A stretch of DNA of 64,000 nt from Candidatus Onthoplasma sp. (GCA_045126575.1 JBGVOQ010000017.1:26555-90554), one strand, 5' to 3'; positions 8,559-18,391 are shown, numbered from the stretch's first letter. Numbers and translations: made by a program. Notes: generated from the sequence alone by a model not told the origin.

Positions 8559-9707
8559 TTAAATAAAATCCTTGTAAATATCTTTTAAATTATCCACAAA
8601 TCCTGGCGCTTTAATATTTTCATTAGCAATTACCTTCAATGTAGAATAAACCTGTCCATCAATTACAATCTCAACATATCCAAGTTCCTGACCTATATCG
8701 CAACTAGAAATTGTGTTAGGTAAATAGCAGCGTGTTTCATATTCTGGAGTTTCTCCCTTTTTAGTTAAAATTGTATTGCAACCTTCTACCTTAACATCAA
8801 CCCTTCTTTCATCTTTACACGAAACATTTATAAGCCCACTTATGTCAAATGTATGATTTTCGTAATTTGCAAATCCATAGTTCAACAAATCACTTGCGCT
8901 TTTAAAACGGTCCTTAGTAGAGCTTGCTCCAAGCACAACGGATATCAAACTTAAATCGCCACGCTTTGCACCGACTGCCAAGCAATATCCCGCTTCTTGC
9001 GTAGAACCAGTTTTTCCGCCAATACAACCCTCGTAATATCTTGACAATCTATTGGTATTGGTCATTTCGGTAGTACGTCCACTTGGGTGTTGAAAATCCT
9101 CCAACCAAATACTAGAATATTCGTGATACTTATCATATTTTAAAACATTCTTCAATATTTGAGCAACATCCACAGCGCACGAATATTGATTGTCCGCCGG
9201 TAGACCTGTGCAGTTGACATAATTAGTATTGTCAAGCCCCATCTCCTTGGCACGATTGTTCATTATTTCAACAAAACTTGTTTCGCTACCAGCGATATAC
9301 TCTGCCAAAGCCACCGACGAGTCATTAGCGCTACAAACTATCACACTCTTTAGCAACTCGCCTAACTGATATTCACAATTCGCATCTAAGAATATTTGTG
9401 ACCCGCCCATACCGGACGCATTTTCGCTGACCGTAACTTTATCATCTAGCGATATAGAACCTTTATCTATATTTTCAAAGGTTAGCATTATTGTCATAAG
9501 TTTTACAATGCTTGCCACAGGCATACGCTCGGTTGCATTGTTAGAATGCAATTCTGTCCCCGTATCCAAATCTATTAATATTGATGCTTTAGTGTTTACC
9601 TGTGGTACATATGTTGCAGCATACGTTACATTAATATTGGCACATATTGCAAATAACATAATTAACGATAATCCTAAATACGCAATACTTCTATTAATTC
9701 TTTTCAC
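8559..9707 (-). CDS. D-alanyl-D-alanine carboxypeptidase (S11, PBP5/DacB/DacF-like)
   Basis: Signal sequence, SxxK (ASIVK), SxN (SAND), KTG (GGKTGST), and a C-terminal beta domain. Confidence 0.85.
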   Translation of the reverse strand: MKRINRSIAYLGLSLIMLFAICANINVTYAATYVPQVNTKASILIDLDTGTELHSNNATERMPVASIVKLMTIMLTFENIDKGSISLDDKVTVSENASGMGGSQIFLDANCEYQLGELLKSVIVCSANDSSVALAEYIAGSETSFVEIMNNRAKEMGLDNTNYVNCTGLPADNQYSCAVDVAQILKNVLKYDKYHEYSSIWLEDFQHPSGRTTEMTNTNRLSRYYEGCIGGKTGSTQEAGYCLAVGAKRGDLSLISVVLGASSTKDRFKSASDLLNYGFANYENHTFDISGLINVSCKDERRVDVKVEGCNTILTKKGETPEYETRCYLPNTISSCDIGQELGYVEIVIDGQVYSTLKVIANENIKAPGFVDNLKDIYKDFI

Positions 9708-9906
9708 AATTCACCTCTAACAATATCTTTTGTATTAAATTAAAAAATATTTATAAAAAAAATAAAAAGATTTAATTTTAAAACCTTTTTATTAAATATT
9801 TTTATTAAATTTGATTGTTTTTAGTACTTTAAAATAGGTAGTTGTGTTATTTTGCGTAATTAATTATTAATTTGATATTTATTTAATTTATTTTATTGTT
9901 TAATTT

Positions 9907-10350
9907 TTATTGTTTAAAAAATACGCTTATAATTTCTTCCACATTTTGCTCAACGCCATATTTATTTATTAATCCATTAAATATCATATCCAGCGATTTG
10001 CCTGATGATTCATCATTTAAACTAAGTTTAACACCCTTTTGCTCCATTTCCTTGGACATCTTGGTTAATATGCCCAATATATTATCTGTTGTGTTTTTGC
10101 TAAACCTGTTGTTATAATATGACTGATAATAGTCCCATAATTTATTATTAATTTCCATATACGCATTGCAATGTGAGCATACTAAAATACGTTTAGCGAT
10201 TTCGCTTTTGATTGGAATAAAGCAAAAATAATTGGTGACATGCAACTCCACCAAATTCACATCTCTTAATTCGTCCTTACATATTGTGCAACGCCTTACG
10301 CCGAAGTAACCTCTGTTAACTTCCTTAATATCTTTACCAAAAAATTTCAT
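9907..10350 (-). CDS. Hypothetical protein with an N-terminal zinc-ribbon (CxxC...CxxC)
   Basis: CTIC ... CSHC cysteine pairs. No other motif recognised. Confidence 0.5.
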   Translation of the reverse strand: MKFFGKDIKEVNRGYFGVRRCTICKDELRDVNLVELHVTNYFCFIPIKSEIAKRILVCSHCNAYMEINNKLWDYYQSYYNNRFSKNTTDNILGILTKMSKEMEQKGVKLSLNDESSGKSLDMIFNGLINKYGVEQNVEEIISVFFKQ

Positions 10351-10444
10351 ACCCTTAGTATATCAACAAAACAAGCCAATGTCAACCGGTAAACCTTATT
10401 AAGTTACAAAAAAAGTCCTATTTATGCAATAGGACTTTTAAAAA

Positions 10445-13396
10445 TTAACTATTGAATATTAAATTATATTCTTCTAGCGAGATTAACACTTGTCTAGGCT
10501 TACTGCCTTCGGCTGGTGATATAAATCCGTTTTGTTCCATCTGGTCAATAATACGTGCCGCACGTGCATAGCCTACACCAAATCGACGTTGTATCATTGT
10601 AATTGATGCTTGGTTTGCCTGGATAAAGAATCGCAACGCATCTTTTAACACTGGGTCAAAGTTGATTATATCTCCATCTGCGCTTTGCGCTGAAACGGAA
10701 GCGGTTTGGTTGATATCCTTTTGTGCTGACTCGTCAAAATCGGCACTATTATTTTCCTTAATAAACTTAACAACAGCAGCAACTTCACGGCTAGATATAA
10801 ACGCACCTTGTACACGCCTTGGCTCTGGCAAATCGCTTGGCTTAAACAACATATCACCCTTACCAAGCAATTTTTCGGCTCCACCCATATCAAGCACTGT
10901 TTTACTATCGGCAAAGTTGGTAAGCGCAAATGCAATACGACTAGGCAAGTTGGCTTTAATTGTACCAGTAATAACGTCAACAGATGGACGTTGTGTAGCA
11001 ATCACCAAATGTATTCCTGCTGCACGAGATTTTTGAGCCAATTTCATAATACGCTCTTCCATTTCACGCTTAGCATCAATCATAAGGTCACCCAACTCAT
11101 CAATTACAATAACCACATAAGGCAGTTTTTCAACTTCGTTATTCTTAACAATATCAAGAGCATTGTACTCCTTAATATTTACCACTTGATTTCGTTGCAA
11201 TAATGCATAACGCTCTTCCATTTCCTTGATTGCCCAGTTAAGCGCATTGATGGTTTGTTCCTTGGTTGTAATAATTTCCGGAGTTAATAGATGTGGGAGG
11301 TTTGCATAAGTTGAAAATTCCACAGTTTTAGGGTCAATAAGTATTAGTCTTAAATCTTCAGGACTAGATTTGTAAATCATACTTATCAACATAGTATTTA
11401 AGCACACCGACTTACCCGAACCAGTAGAACCGGCAACCAATAGGTGTGGCATCTTGTCAAGATTACAGAATTGCACACTTCCGTTAATATCCTTACCTAA
11501 CACAAATGACATTGGGTTCATACGCTTTTGATAGTCCAAACTTTCAATCATTTCACGCAAACTAACACCCATAACTGTTCGATTTGGAACCTCGATACCT
11601 ACTGCATTTTTACCAGGAATTGGTGCCTCGATACGGATGCTACCGTTGGATGCTAATGCCATGGCAATATCGTCAGCATGGAATTGAACCTTTTTAACAC
11701 TTACACCTTGTGGCATGCCGATTTCATATCTTGTTACCGCAGGTCCAACTTGAACAGCCTTCACTTTTGCATTAATTTTAAAATCTTGCAGTACTGTTTC
11801 GAGCTTTTCAATATTCTCATTGCACTCTTCTTCCGAAACGACTTCAACATTTTCCAAATACTCTAACAAACTTGTTGGAGGTTTAATATATTCGGCATGG
11901 TGGCGCTTAGGTCGTCCAAGCAGATTTTCCTTTTTCTCCTCCACAACTTCACGTGTGAATACCTCTGGCTTAGTTGTAAATGTTGCACTACGAACCACTT
12001 CGCTAGGATTTGCTGAAGGCAACTTAATTTCCTGCTCCTTTGGTTCTGATTTAACAACGTTAGTATTTGCATAACCACTAGAATTGCTTGTGACAAAATC
12101 TTCTGCATTGTCATCAAAGTCTTCGATAGTCATGCCATCTTCTTCTTCACCATCGTCCTCATCTTGAGTAGCGTTATTAAACATTTGTTTAACATTTTGC
12201 TGCCAATTTGATTGAGCGCTCTCAATCCCAGTAGGATTTTGTTTTTCCGTGTTTAGTGTATTATAACTATTTTGTACACTAGATGGTGTTGAGGTTTGTT
12301 GTGCAGGGTTAACTTGTGTTGGTTCTTGAATTTTACTTTCTTCTGGCATTTTTCTGCCCTCGATAACCTTGGCATCCTTATAAAACTCATCAGCATCACT
12401 TACAAATAGGTCGCTATTTAAATCAACCTTATCAAACAATTGTTTGTTAGGTTTTATTTCTGTTTTTGTAATTTCTTCAGGCTTAAAAACAGGTTCCTGC
12501 CTACGCTGAACCGGCTCGGCTTTAGGCTTTTCGTATTCCGGAATAACAATCTCTGGCGGCGTTAAAATATATTCTCGCTTGCTTTTGTATTTATTTGGAG
12601 TGTCCGGAATTTCGTCCACACGCATGCTTGAACTAATAATTGTAGAGCTACCTTGCTCCATACCTAATTTTTGTTTTGCAATCTTCTTTTTTAAGTCTTC
12701 TTGTTTGTGTTTTAAGGTAATCTCAACCTCTGGATTTTCTTCTTCTACCGTATTACCTTCAATCATTCCGCTAAAATCAAACTTGCTTTTAACAGGCTTC
12801 GTTTCCTCTGGAGTTTTATCTACTTGTCTAGCATCTAATATCAATCCAATACTCACAGTTAATAAAATTATTGATAAGATATATGCACCAACCACCGTTA
12901 AATACTTTTTCATTGGGTAGGTTAAAAGGCTCATGATTAGTCCCGCACCACTAGTTTTTAATTTGTAAGTGTCGGCTAAATATTGACCATAACTTTTAGT
13001 AGGTATTTTTGTTGTTAAAATTAAGTGGATTATCATTAGCACGAAAAACAATGCACAACTTAAAAATATTAAATATTTCTTGTTAACATCATACTTAGTT
13101 TTACCCAATCCTACCGCACACAAAAATGCACTAAGTAGCGTAATTGGGTAAGCCGAAATTCCTAGCAAGCCCAACAAAAAGTTTTTAGCAAAGTTGCTAG
13201 GCAAACACAGACTAACAAAGCTTACCACACTAACCAACAGCACAGCAATCATAATATATTTTGATAATTTAATTATATTGGGTTGTTTGGTTTTTATTTT
13301 AGGTGGCTTTTCCTTTTTCTGTTTCTTCTGTTTTGAAGTATTTAATGTTGATTTATATATTGACACAGTCCTTCCCCTTTTGTAAATATTATACAA
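10445..13396 (-). CDS. ftsK: DNA translocase FtsK/SpoIIIE
   Basis: N-terminal TM helices, a long low-complexity linker, Walker A GSTGSGKS, Walker B VIVIDELGDLM, and a C-terminal gamma winged-helix (YARAARIIDQMEQNGFIS). Start is uncertain: the TTG at 13396 versus a GTG near 13366 preceded by GGGGAAGGA. Confidence 0.9.
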   Translation of the reverse strand: MYNIYKRGRTVSIYKSTLNTSKQKKQKKEKPPKIKTKQPNIIKLSKYIMIAVLLVSVVSFVSLCLPSNFAKNFLLGLLGISAYPITLLSAFLCAVGLGKTKYDVNKKYLIFLSCALFFVLMIIHLILTTKIPTKSYGQYLADTYKLKTSGAGLIMSLLTYPMKKYLTVVGAYILSIILLTVSIGLILDARQVDKTPEETKPVKSKFDFSGMIEGNTVEEENPEVEITLKHKQEDLKKKIAKQKLGMEQGSSTIISSSMRVDEIPDTPNKYKSKREYILTPPEIVIPEYEKPKAEPVQRRQEPVFKPEEITKTEIKPNKQLFDKVDLNSDLFVSDADEFYKDAKVIEGRKMPEESKIQEPTQVNPAQQTSTPSSVQNSYNTLNTEKQNPTGIESAQSNWQQNVKQMFNNATQDEDDGEEEDGMTIEDFDDNAEDFVTSNSSGYANTNVVKSEPKEQEIKLPSANPSEVVRSATFTTKPEVFTREVVEEKKENLLGRPKRHHAEYIKPPTSLLEYLENVEVVSEEECNENIEKLETVLQDFKINAKVKAVQVGPAVTRYEIGMPQGVSVKKVQFHADDIAMALASNGSIRIEAPIPGKNAVGIEVPNRTVMGVSLREMIESLDYQKRMNPMSFVLGKDINGSVQFCNLDKMPHLLVAGSTGSGKSVCLNTMLISMIYKSSPEDLRLILIDPKTVEFSTYANLPHLLTPEIITTKEQTINALNWAIKEMEERYALLQRNQVVNIKEYNALDIVKNNEVEKLPYVVIVIDELGDLMIDAKREMEERIMKLAQKSRAAGIHLVIATQRPSVDVITGTIKANLPSRIAFALTNFADSKTVLDMGGAEKLLGKGDMLFKPSDLPEPRRVQGAFISSREVAAVVKFIKENNSADFDESAQKDINQTASVSAQSADGDIINFDPVLKDALRFFIQANQASITMIQRRFGVGYARAARIIDQMEQNGFISPAEGSKPRQVLISLEEYNLIFNS

Positions 13397-13528
13397 CCTT
13401 TTTACAATTTTTCAAAACAATTTAATTAATTGTTTGCTTAATTTTATGCCGATTCCATCTTTTTGAAAGACATAACGCCGATTAATTTTTGTTTGCAGGA
13501 TAGTTTGTTGCAAATTTTAACACTATTC

Positions 13529-14230
13529 CTAAATTTCCAAACCCAACGTTTTAGTAACAGTAGTGGCTTCAAATCCGTTGTTTTGACTATATGCCAAAAT
13601 TAGCGGCAACGCCTCCAAAGTGTTTTGAGTTGGGTGCATTAATATAAGGTCGCCGTTTGTTAGGTTTTTTGTAGCACGTTTTACAATTAAATCAGTATCC
13701 TTGTCACGCCAATCAATTGTATCATGTGTCCACATAATTGTTTTGTAATCTAGAGATTTTGCAATGTTAATAGTTGTATCATTAAATGCTCCAGATGGTG
13801 GTGCAAACAAATTCATTTCAACGCCCAAATTACCCTTAACAAGCAAATGTGTTTTATGTATCTCGTCATAGTTTTGTTGCTCGGTTATTTTATCGTGGTC
13901 CTTATGATTATATCCATGATTTCCTATTTCATGCCCACGCTTGTAAATCTCCTTTGCCATATCCACATTTTTAGCAAACCAACTGCCACCTACAAAAAAC
14001 GTTGTTTTAACATTGTAAACATCTAGCACATCTAACATATCTTCAATATACTCAGTTCCCCAATATACATTTATCATAAAACTTACTTTGTTTTGCGTTG
14101 TGTCGCCGCTGTAAATCACATCCGGGTTGACGCTGGTGCTAACACTTGAACTAAATGGGATTGCCACCGCAATCAATGCGATAAAAATTAATACAATAAC
14201 ACTATTTGTTACAAATCTTACTTTTTTCAT
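13529..14230 (-). CDS. Polysaccharide deacetylase (NodB homology domain), PdaB-like
   Basis: N-terminal TM/signal, VSFMINVYWG (PdaB-type variant of TFDD), HEIGNHGYNH, and the WTHDTIDW region. Confidence 0.7.
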   Translation of the reverse strand: MKKVRFVTNSVIVLIFIALIAVAIPFSSSVSTSVNPDVIYSGDTTQNKVSFMINVYWGTEYIEDMLDVLDVYNVKTTFFVGGSWFAKNVDMAKEIYKRGHEIGNHGYNHKDHDKITEQQNYDEIHKTHLLVKGNLGVEMNLFAPPSGAFNDTTINIAKSLDYKTIMWTHDTIDWRDKDTDLIVKRATKNLTNGDLILMHPTQNTLEALPLILAYSQNNGFEATTVTKTLGLEI

Positions 14231-14326
14231 ACCAATTTATATGCTAAAATTTGTAAATAAAGACTTGTTTTGTTACATCATCTATATATTAAATTAGGTT
14301 AAATTAAAATATTTTTTAAAAACCAG

Positions 14327-14355
14327 TTGACAACCTAATTAAAATGATATATAAT
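14327..14355 (+). promoter_or_regulatory. Sigma-A type promoter of tRNA-Arg(ACG)
   Basis: TTGACA (14327-14332), 17 nt, TATAAT (14350-14355). Confidence 0.6.
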
Positions 14356-14406
14356 ATTGGAAGCATTGTGAGTAAGCACATTGTTTACTTACAATTTAAT
14401 ATATAT

Positions 14407-14483
14407 GCGTCGTTAGCTCAGCTGGATAGAGCGTTGGTCTACGGAACCAAAGGCCAGGAGTTCGAATCTCTTACGACGCACCA
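14407..14483 (+). tRNA. tRNA-Arg (anticodon ACG), CCA encoded
   Basis: Cloverleaf folded by hand: acceptor GCGTCGT/ACGACGC, D arm GCTC/GAGC, anticodon arm TTGGT-CTACGGA-ACCAA, T arm AGGAG-TTCGAAT-CTCTT, then A-CCA. Confidence 0.95.
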
Positions 14484-14489
14484 TATAAT

Positions 14490-14518
14490 AAGCTTAGTTG
14501 GTTCTAAGCTTTTTTTTA
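14490..14518 (+). terminator. Terminator after tRNA-Arg (a second copy lies at 14677-14704)
   Basis: AAGCTTAG-loop-CTAAGCTT hairpin followed by T8. Confidence 0.65.
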
Positions 14519-14545
14519 TTTTATGTGCTGTTTATCTTTATTTGT

Positions 14546-14671
14546 AAGAGATTCGACCCATAAAGGGTTCGCCCTGTCGGTCGGACCGAAATCTTTGATT
14601 TCTCCCGCTTTGTGCTACAAACTTGCCACTGGCAACTTTGTTTAACGCAGTCGCCTCTTACGACGCACCAT
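14546..14671 (+). ncRNA. Candidate structured RNA/DNA module with tRNA-Arg-derived ends (family shared with 49073-49199)
   Basis: Three hairpins conserved with the Ser-locus copy, including compensatory changes. It ends in CTCTTACGACGCACCA and is followed by a terminator. No promoter of its own is evident. Confidence 0.4.
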
Positions 14672-14839
14672 ATAATAAGCTTAGTTAGTTCTAAGCTTTT
14701 TTTATTTTATGTACTGTTTATTTTTATTTGTAAGAGATTCGACCCATAAAGGGTTCGCCCTGTCGGTCGGACCGAAATCTTTGATTTCTCCCGCTTTGTG
14801 AAATAGTAAAAACTCCCTAATCAAATAGGGAGTTCTTTG

Positions 14840-16519
14840 TTACATTTCTTCCATTGTTTCAACACAAATTAAGTTAAATGCTTTAGATAGCACTTCTTTA
14901 ACCAAATTTAATAGTTGCAATTTTGCTTTAACCTGATGTAAGTTTTCGTCCAAAATTTTACACACAGTGTAGTACTTGTTAACCGTTTTGCACATTTCCA
15001 TACAATATTTTAGCACAACACTTGGGTCACGTTTATCAAGGGCAATTTTTAATGTATTTTCAAGATTGCAGCACATTTTGATTAATTCAAATGCTTGAAC
15101 TTGGTCTAGGCAATTATAGTCACATTGAACTTTGCTCAAATCCAAATCTTTAGCCTTACGCAATATACTCATAACACGTGTATAGGTGTATTGCATATAT
15201 GGTGCGGTTTCGCCCTCAAAACTAAACGCACGTTCGATATCAAAAATTGCATCCTTGTTACGTTCGATATTTAGTGCATTAAAACTTAACACACCTTTTG
15301 CAACCTTTAATGCAACATCTTTAGGGTTTTCGATACTAAATGTACGGTTTTTGATTACATCGTTGGCCTTATTTAACACGTAGTCCATCAAATCTACAAG
15401 TACCGCCTGTTTACCACGACGTGATGAAATCTTCCCATCTGGCAAACTAAATCTACCATAGGCAATATGTTCCAACCCACCACTAAATGGCATACCTGCA
15501 AGTTCTAGCACCTTAAAGAATTGTGCAAAGTGTAATTTTTGCTCGGTTCCTGTTAGATATAACATAATATCATATTTATAATCATTATATCTATCAATAG
15601 CGGCAGCAATATCACGAGTTGCATACAAGCTTGCTCCGTCACTACGCTTTACTAAACATGGTGGCATATCAAACTTGGATAAATCAACAACTGTAGCGCC
15701 TTGGCTAACTGTAAGCAATCCCTTGCTATCCAAAAATTTAATAACATTATCAAGTTCTGGCGCATAACTTGCTTCGCCTTTCCACGAATCAAAGTAAACA
15801 CCCAATATATCTAGTAAACGTTCAGCTTCCTTACGAGCAACATCAATAACTCGTTGATATATTGGATAAATTTCAGGGTCTTCATCTTCTATCTTTTTAA
15901 ATATATCACGTGCAAGCTGTTGAAGTTTTTCATCTTCCGCTTCGGCTGCACAGAATTTAACATAATATTCTTGTAATGCATCAATACCACGATCTTCAAT
16001 ATCCGCATCCGTTCCCCACATTTGAAGACCGGCAATAATTTTGCCATAAGGAGTACCATAATCGCCAATATAGTTAATTCGCACAACCTTATATCCAAAG
16101 TTTTCGAAAAGCCTTGCCAAACTTTCGCCTACAAAAATATTTTTTAGGTGCCCTATATGCATATACTTAGCAAGGTTAACCGAACAATAGTCAATACAAA
16201 CCACCTTATCGTTTGATTGACATACTGGTAATTTATAATTATTTAAAACATTTTTACTAACTTCACCCTTATTTAGGAAAAAGTTTACATATCCAGCCAC
16301 GCATTCAACTTTTTCAATATTTGTATTTTGAAGATTTAATACGCTAGCAATTTCTTCAGCAATGGCCATAGGAGATTTGCGCAACGTTTTAGCCAAAGCA
16401 AAACACGGTAAGCAAAAATCACCTTTGCTCGCATCAATACTATCAATAACTAGATTATTTAATTCGCCATAATCTTTTAACTGTGCTAAAACATTGTATA
16501 CTTCTTGTTTTAAATTCAT
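14840..16519 (-). CDS. argS: Arginine--tRNA ligase
   Basis: Class I HIGH variant (MHIGHLKN), KMSK-like ISSRRGK, and a C-terminal DALR anticodon-binding region ending in M. Confidence 0.95.
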   Translation of the reverse strand: MNLKQEVYNVLAQLKDYGELNNLVIDSIDASKGDFCLPCFALAKTLRKSPMAIAEEIASVLNLQNTNIEKVECVAGYVNFFLNKGEVSKNVLNNYKLPVCQSNDKVVCIDYCSVNLAKYMHIGHLKNIFVGESLARLFENFGYKVVRINYIGDYGTPYGKIIAGLQMWGTDADIEDRGIDALQEYYVKFCAAEAEDEKLQQLARDIFKKIEDEDPEIYPIYQRVIDVARKEAERLLDILGVYFDSWKGEASYAPELDNVIKFLDSKGLLTVSQGATVVDLSKFDMPPCLVKRSDGASLYATRDIAAAIDRYNDYKYDIMLYLTGTEQKLHFAQFFKVLELAGMPFSGGLEHIAYGRFSLPDGKISSRRGKQAVLVDLMDYVLNKANDVIKNRTFSIENPKDVALKVAKGVLSFNALNIERNKDAIFDIERAFSFEGETAPYMQYTYTRVMSILRKAKDLDLSKVQCDYNCLDQVQAFELIKMCCNLENTLKIALDKRDPSVVLKYCMEMCKTVNKYYTVCKILDENLHQVKAKLQLLNLVKEVLSKAFNLICVETMEEM

Positions 16520-16528
16520 AATTCCTCC

Positions 16529-16885
16529 TTAATTAAACAGACTTCCGGCTGCCTTGCTATATGCACGCACCAAACCACCTGCACCTAACTTGATTCCGCC
16601 AAAATACCTAACCACCGCTATTAACACATTTTTAGCACCACGCTTTTTAATAACATTCATTATAGGTGCGCCGGCAGTACCTTTGGGTTCACCATCATCA
16701 CTACACTTTTCAAGAACTTTGTCCACACTATACACATACGCATAACATATATGTGTGGCTTTTTTGTGTTCTAATTTTAATTGCGCTAAAGTATTGGCAA
16801 TATCTTGTTCGCATGTAAGCGGCTGCATAATGCCTATAAACCGTGATTTGTTTATAATTAATTCACACGTTTTCATGTTAAACAT
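16529..16885 (-). CDS. YigZ/IMPACT N-terminal domain protein (UPF0029), short form
   Basis: KSRFIG, ATHICYAY, DDGEPKGTAGAPI and RYFGGIKLGAGGLVRAY motifs. Start is ambiguous (ATG 16885 or 16876). Only 9 nt separate it from argS. Confidence 0.75.
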   Translation of the reverse strand: MFNMKTCELIINKSRFIGIMQPLTCEQDIANTLAQLKLEHKKATHICYAYVYSVDKVLEKCSDDGEPKGTAGAPIMNVIKKRGAKNVLIAVVRYFGGIKLGAGGLVRAYSKAAGSLFN

Positions 16886-17051
16886 TTTATCACATATCCA
16901 AATATTAATCAATAATAAAACACGAAATACTACTAATTATTTTGATTTTAACCTAATATTTTAATTGTTTAATACTAATTAACCCGCCACGTAAATATAA
17001 AACATGTAAAATTTTATTGTAAAAACCAAAACAATATATTATAATAATTGT

Positions 17052-17699
17052 ATGTACAAAATTCCTGCCAAACGATTAATACTATTTAGAATTATAACAT
17101 TGGTTATAGTTCCTTTTGCGTTATTTTGGACATTTGTTGCAGGATTTAACATAATGTATACTAGGGCGCCTGTAAATGGTTTATCTATGTATCCAACACT
17201 AAATAAAGAGTTATCCACAACCAATAAACATGATGTGATTTACGTTAGCAATTTTAGCAAATTTCATAAAAACGATATTGTTGTAATGGATTTGCGTGAC
17301 AATCCTGAGTTTGGAAATTTTACAATCAAACGACTTATTGCTACTGCTGGAGATGTGGTTAGCATTACAATTGAAAATGATGATTATTATGCACTAAAAG
17401 TAAATGGTCAATTGGTGTACACCAAATCATTTAGTGACGGACTTAACACCTATTTATCGTTTGGCAATTATACTAAGGAGCATATGTATCAATCATCTAG
17501 GGTTGTAAAATTGGATAATGGCGAATATGGCGTAAAAATTAATCAGGGCGAAGTGTTTGTGCTGGGCGACAACTGGAACGTTTCCAAGGATAGCGCAACT
17601 GTAGGGCCAATCAAACAAAAAGCTATTATTGGCAAGGTTAGATTTATTGTGCCTGGAGGGCAAAATGAATTTATTAGCATACTAAAACAAATATTTTAA
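17052..17699 (+). CDS. lepB: Signal peptidase I
   Basis: TM anchor, GLSMYPTL (catalytic Ser box), IKRLIATAGD (Lys box) and VLGDNWNVSKDS. Confidence 0.85.
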   Translation: MYKIPAKRLILFRIITLVIVPFALFWTFVAGFNIMYTRAPVNGLSMYPTLNKELSTTNKHDVIYVSNFSKFHKNDIVVMDLRDNPEFGNFTIKRLIATAGDVVSITIENDDYYALKVNGQLVYTKSFSDGLNTYLSFGNYTKEHMYQSSRVVKLDNGEYGVKINQGEVFVLGDNWNVSKDSATVGPIKQKAIIGKVRFIVPGGQNEFISILKQIF

Positions 17700-17812
17700 A
17701 ATAAGTGTTATAAAATAATATAAATCATTTGAATTTTGTCAACCTTGTGTGCTATACTAAATATAGTTAACTAAATTTTGTTACATTTTATAAATGTTAG
17801 GGGGATTTTATT

Positions 17813-18334
17813 ATGCAACTATGGATTGGAATTGCGGCAATTGTTATTGCGATATTTTCAATGGTTATATTGTACCTTACCAGAAACAATATTATTGAAT
17901 TACTTGACCGAGATGTTGTGATGTACGACAAAAATTTTGAAATAAAAAAGGAATGTTTGCACGAAGCTTTTAACTGTCTTGATTTGGTTGCTCAAAATGG
18001 TGCTAATATTAAAAATAGTCCACAATTTATTCAACGTGCTAAACAAGCCTATAACGGATTACTTTGTGTATTAAGTTCACCAAAACTATATCAAGAATTT
18101 TATCGTATGGCAATCGACCAAGGCGACAGCGTGTACAGCATTGAGGATATCGAAAACTTTAAGGTAGCATGCCGTGCAGAGTTGATTAGTAAGCGTAAAC
18201 GCAAAAACGAAGTGTTTAAAGGCTCTACAAATGGCGCTTTGAATAGCACTTACGCCCAAACTCGTTTAATGCAACAAGCTCAGCAGGCAAGACCTCAACG
18301 AGCAAATCCTAATGCTTCTAACCGAGAAGAATAA
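17813..18334 (+). CDS. Hypothetical membrane-anchored protein
   Basis: GGGGA RBS, one N-terminal TM helix, Q-rich C-terminus, no recognisable motif. A bidirectional terminator lies at 18338-18367. Confidence 0.55.
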   Translation: MQLWIGIAAIVIAIFSMVILYLTRNNIIELLDRDVVMYDKNFEIKKECLHEAFNCLDLVAQNGANIKNSPQFIQRAKQAYNGLLCVLSSPKLYQEFYRMAIDQGDSVYSIEDIENFKVACRAELISKRKRKNEVFKGSTNGALNSTYAQTRLMQQAQQARPQRANPNASNREE

Positions 18335-18391
18335 TATAAAAATCTCACATTACGTGAGATTTTTTTGTATCAATTTATAAATTAATTATAT

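Larger units (their letters stand above)
14468..14800 (+). repeat. Tandem direct duplication with 187-bp period. Each ~147-bp copy runs from the tRNA-Arg 3' end through the terminator to the first part of the structured module.
   Basis: 14468-14614 versus 14655-14800 differ at only four positions (loop G/A, one T in the T-run, G/A, C/T). A unique 40 nt (14615-14654) separates the copies. Confidence 0.9.

Noticed and set aside
14344-14547. 67-aa ORF overlapping tRNA-Arg(ACG)
   Set aside because: It reads straight through a well-folded tRNA gene and its terminator, so it is spurious.
14546-14671. Module as tmRNA, SRP RNA, or a tRNA gene with an intron
   Set aside because: GGATTCGAC recalls the tmRNA 5' region, but the element is far too short and has no 5' acceptor strand, tag reading frame or pseudoknots. 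There is no SRP domain IV motif. No tRNA 5' half (acceptor 5' strand, D or anticodon arm) precedes it, so it is not an interrupted tRNA.
16520-16528. T-box riboswitches upstream of argS and metG
   Set aside because: The upstream gaps (9 nt and 32 nt) are far too short for a T-box leader, and no AGGGTGGTACCGCG-like T-box sequence was seen.
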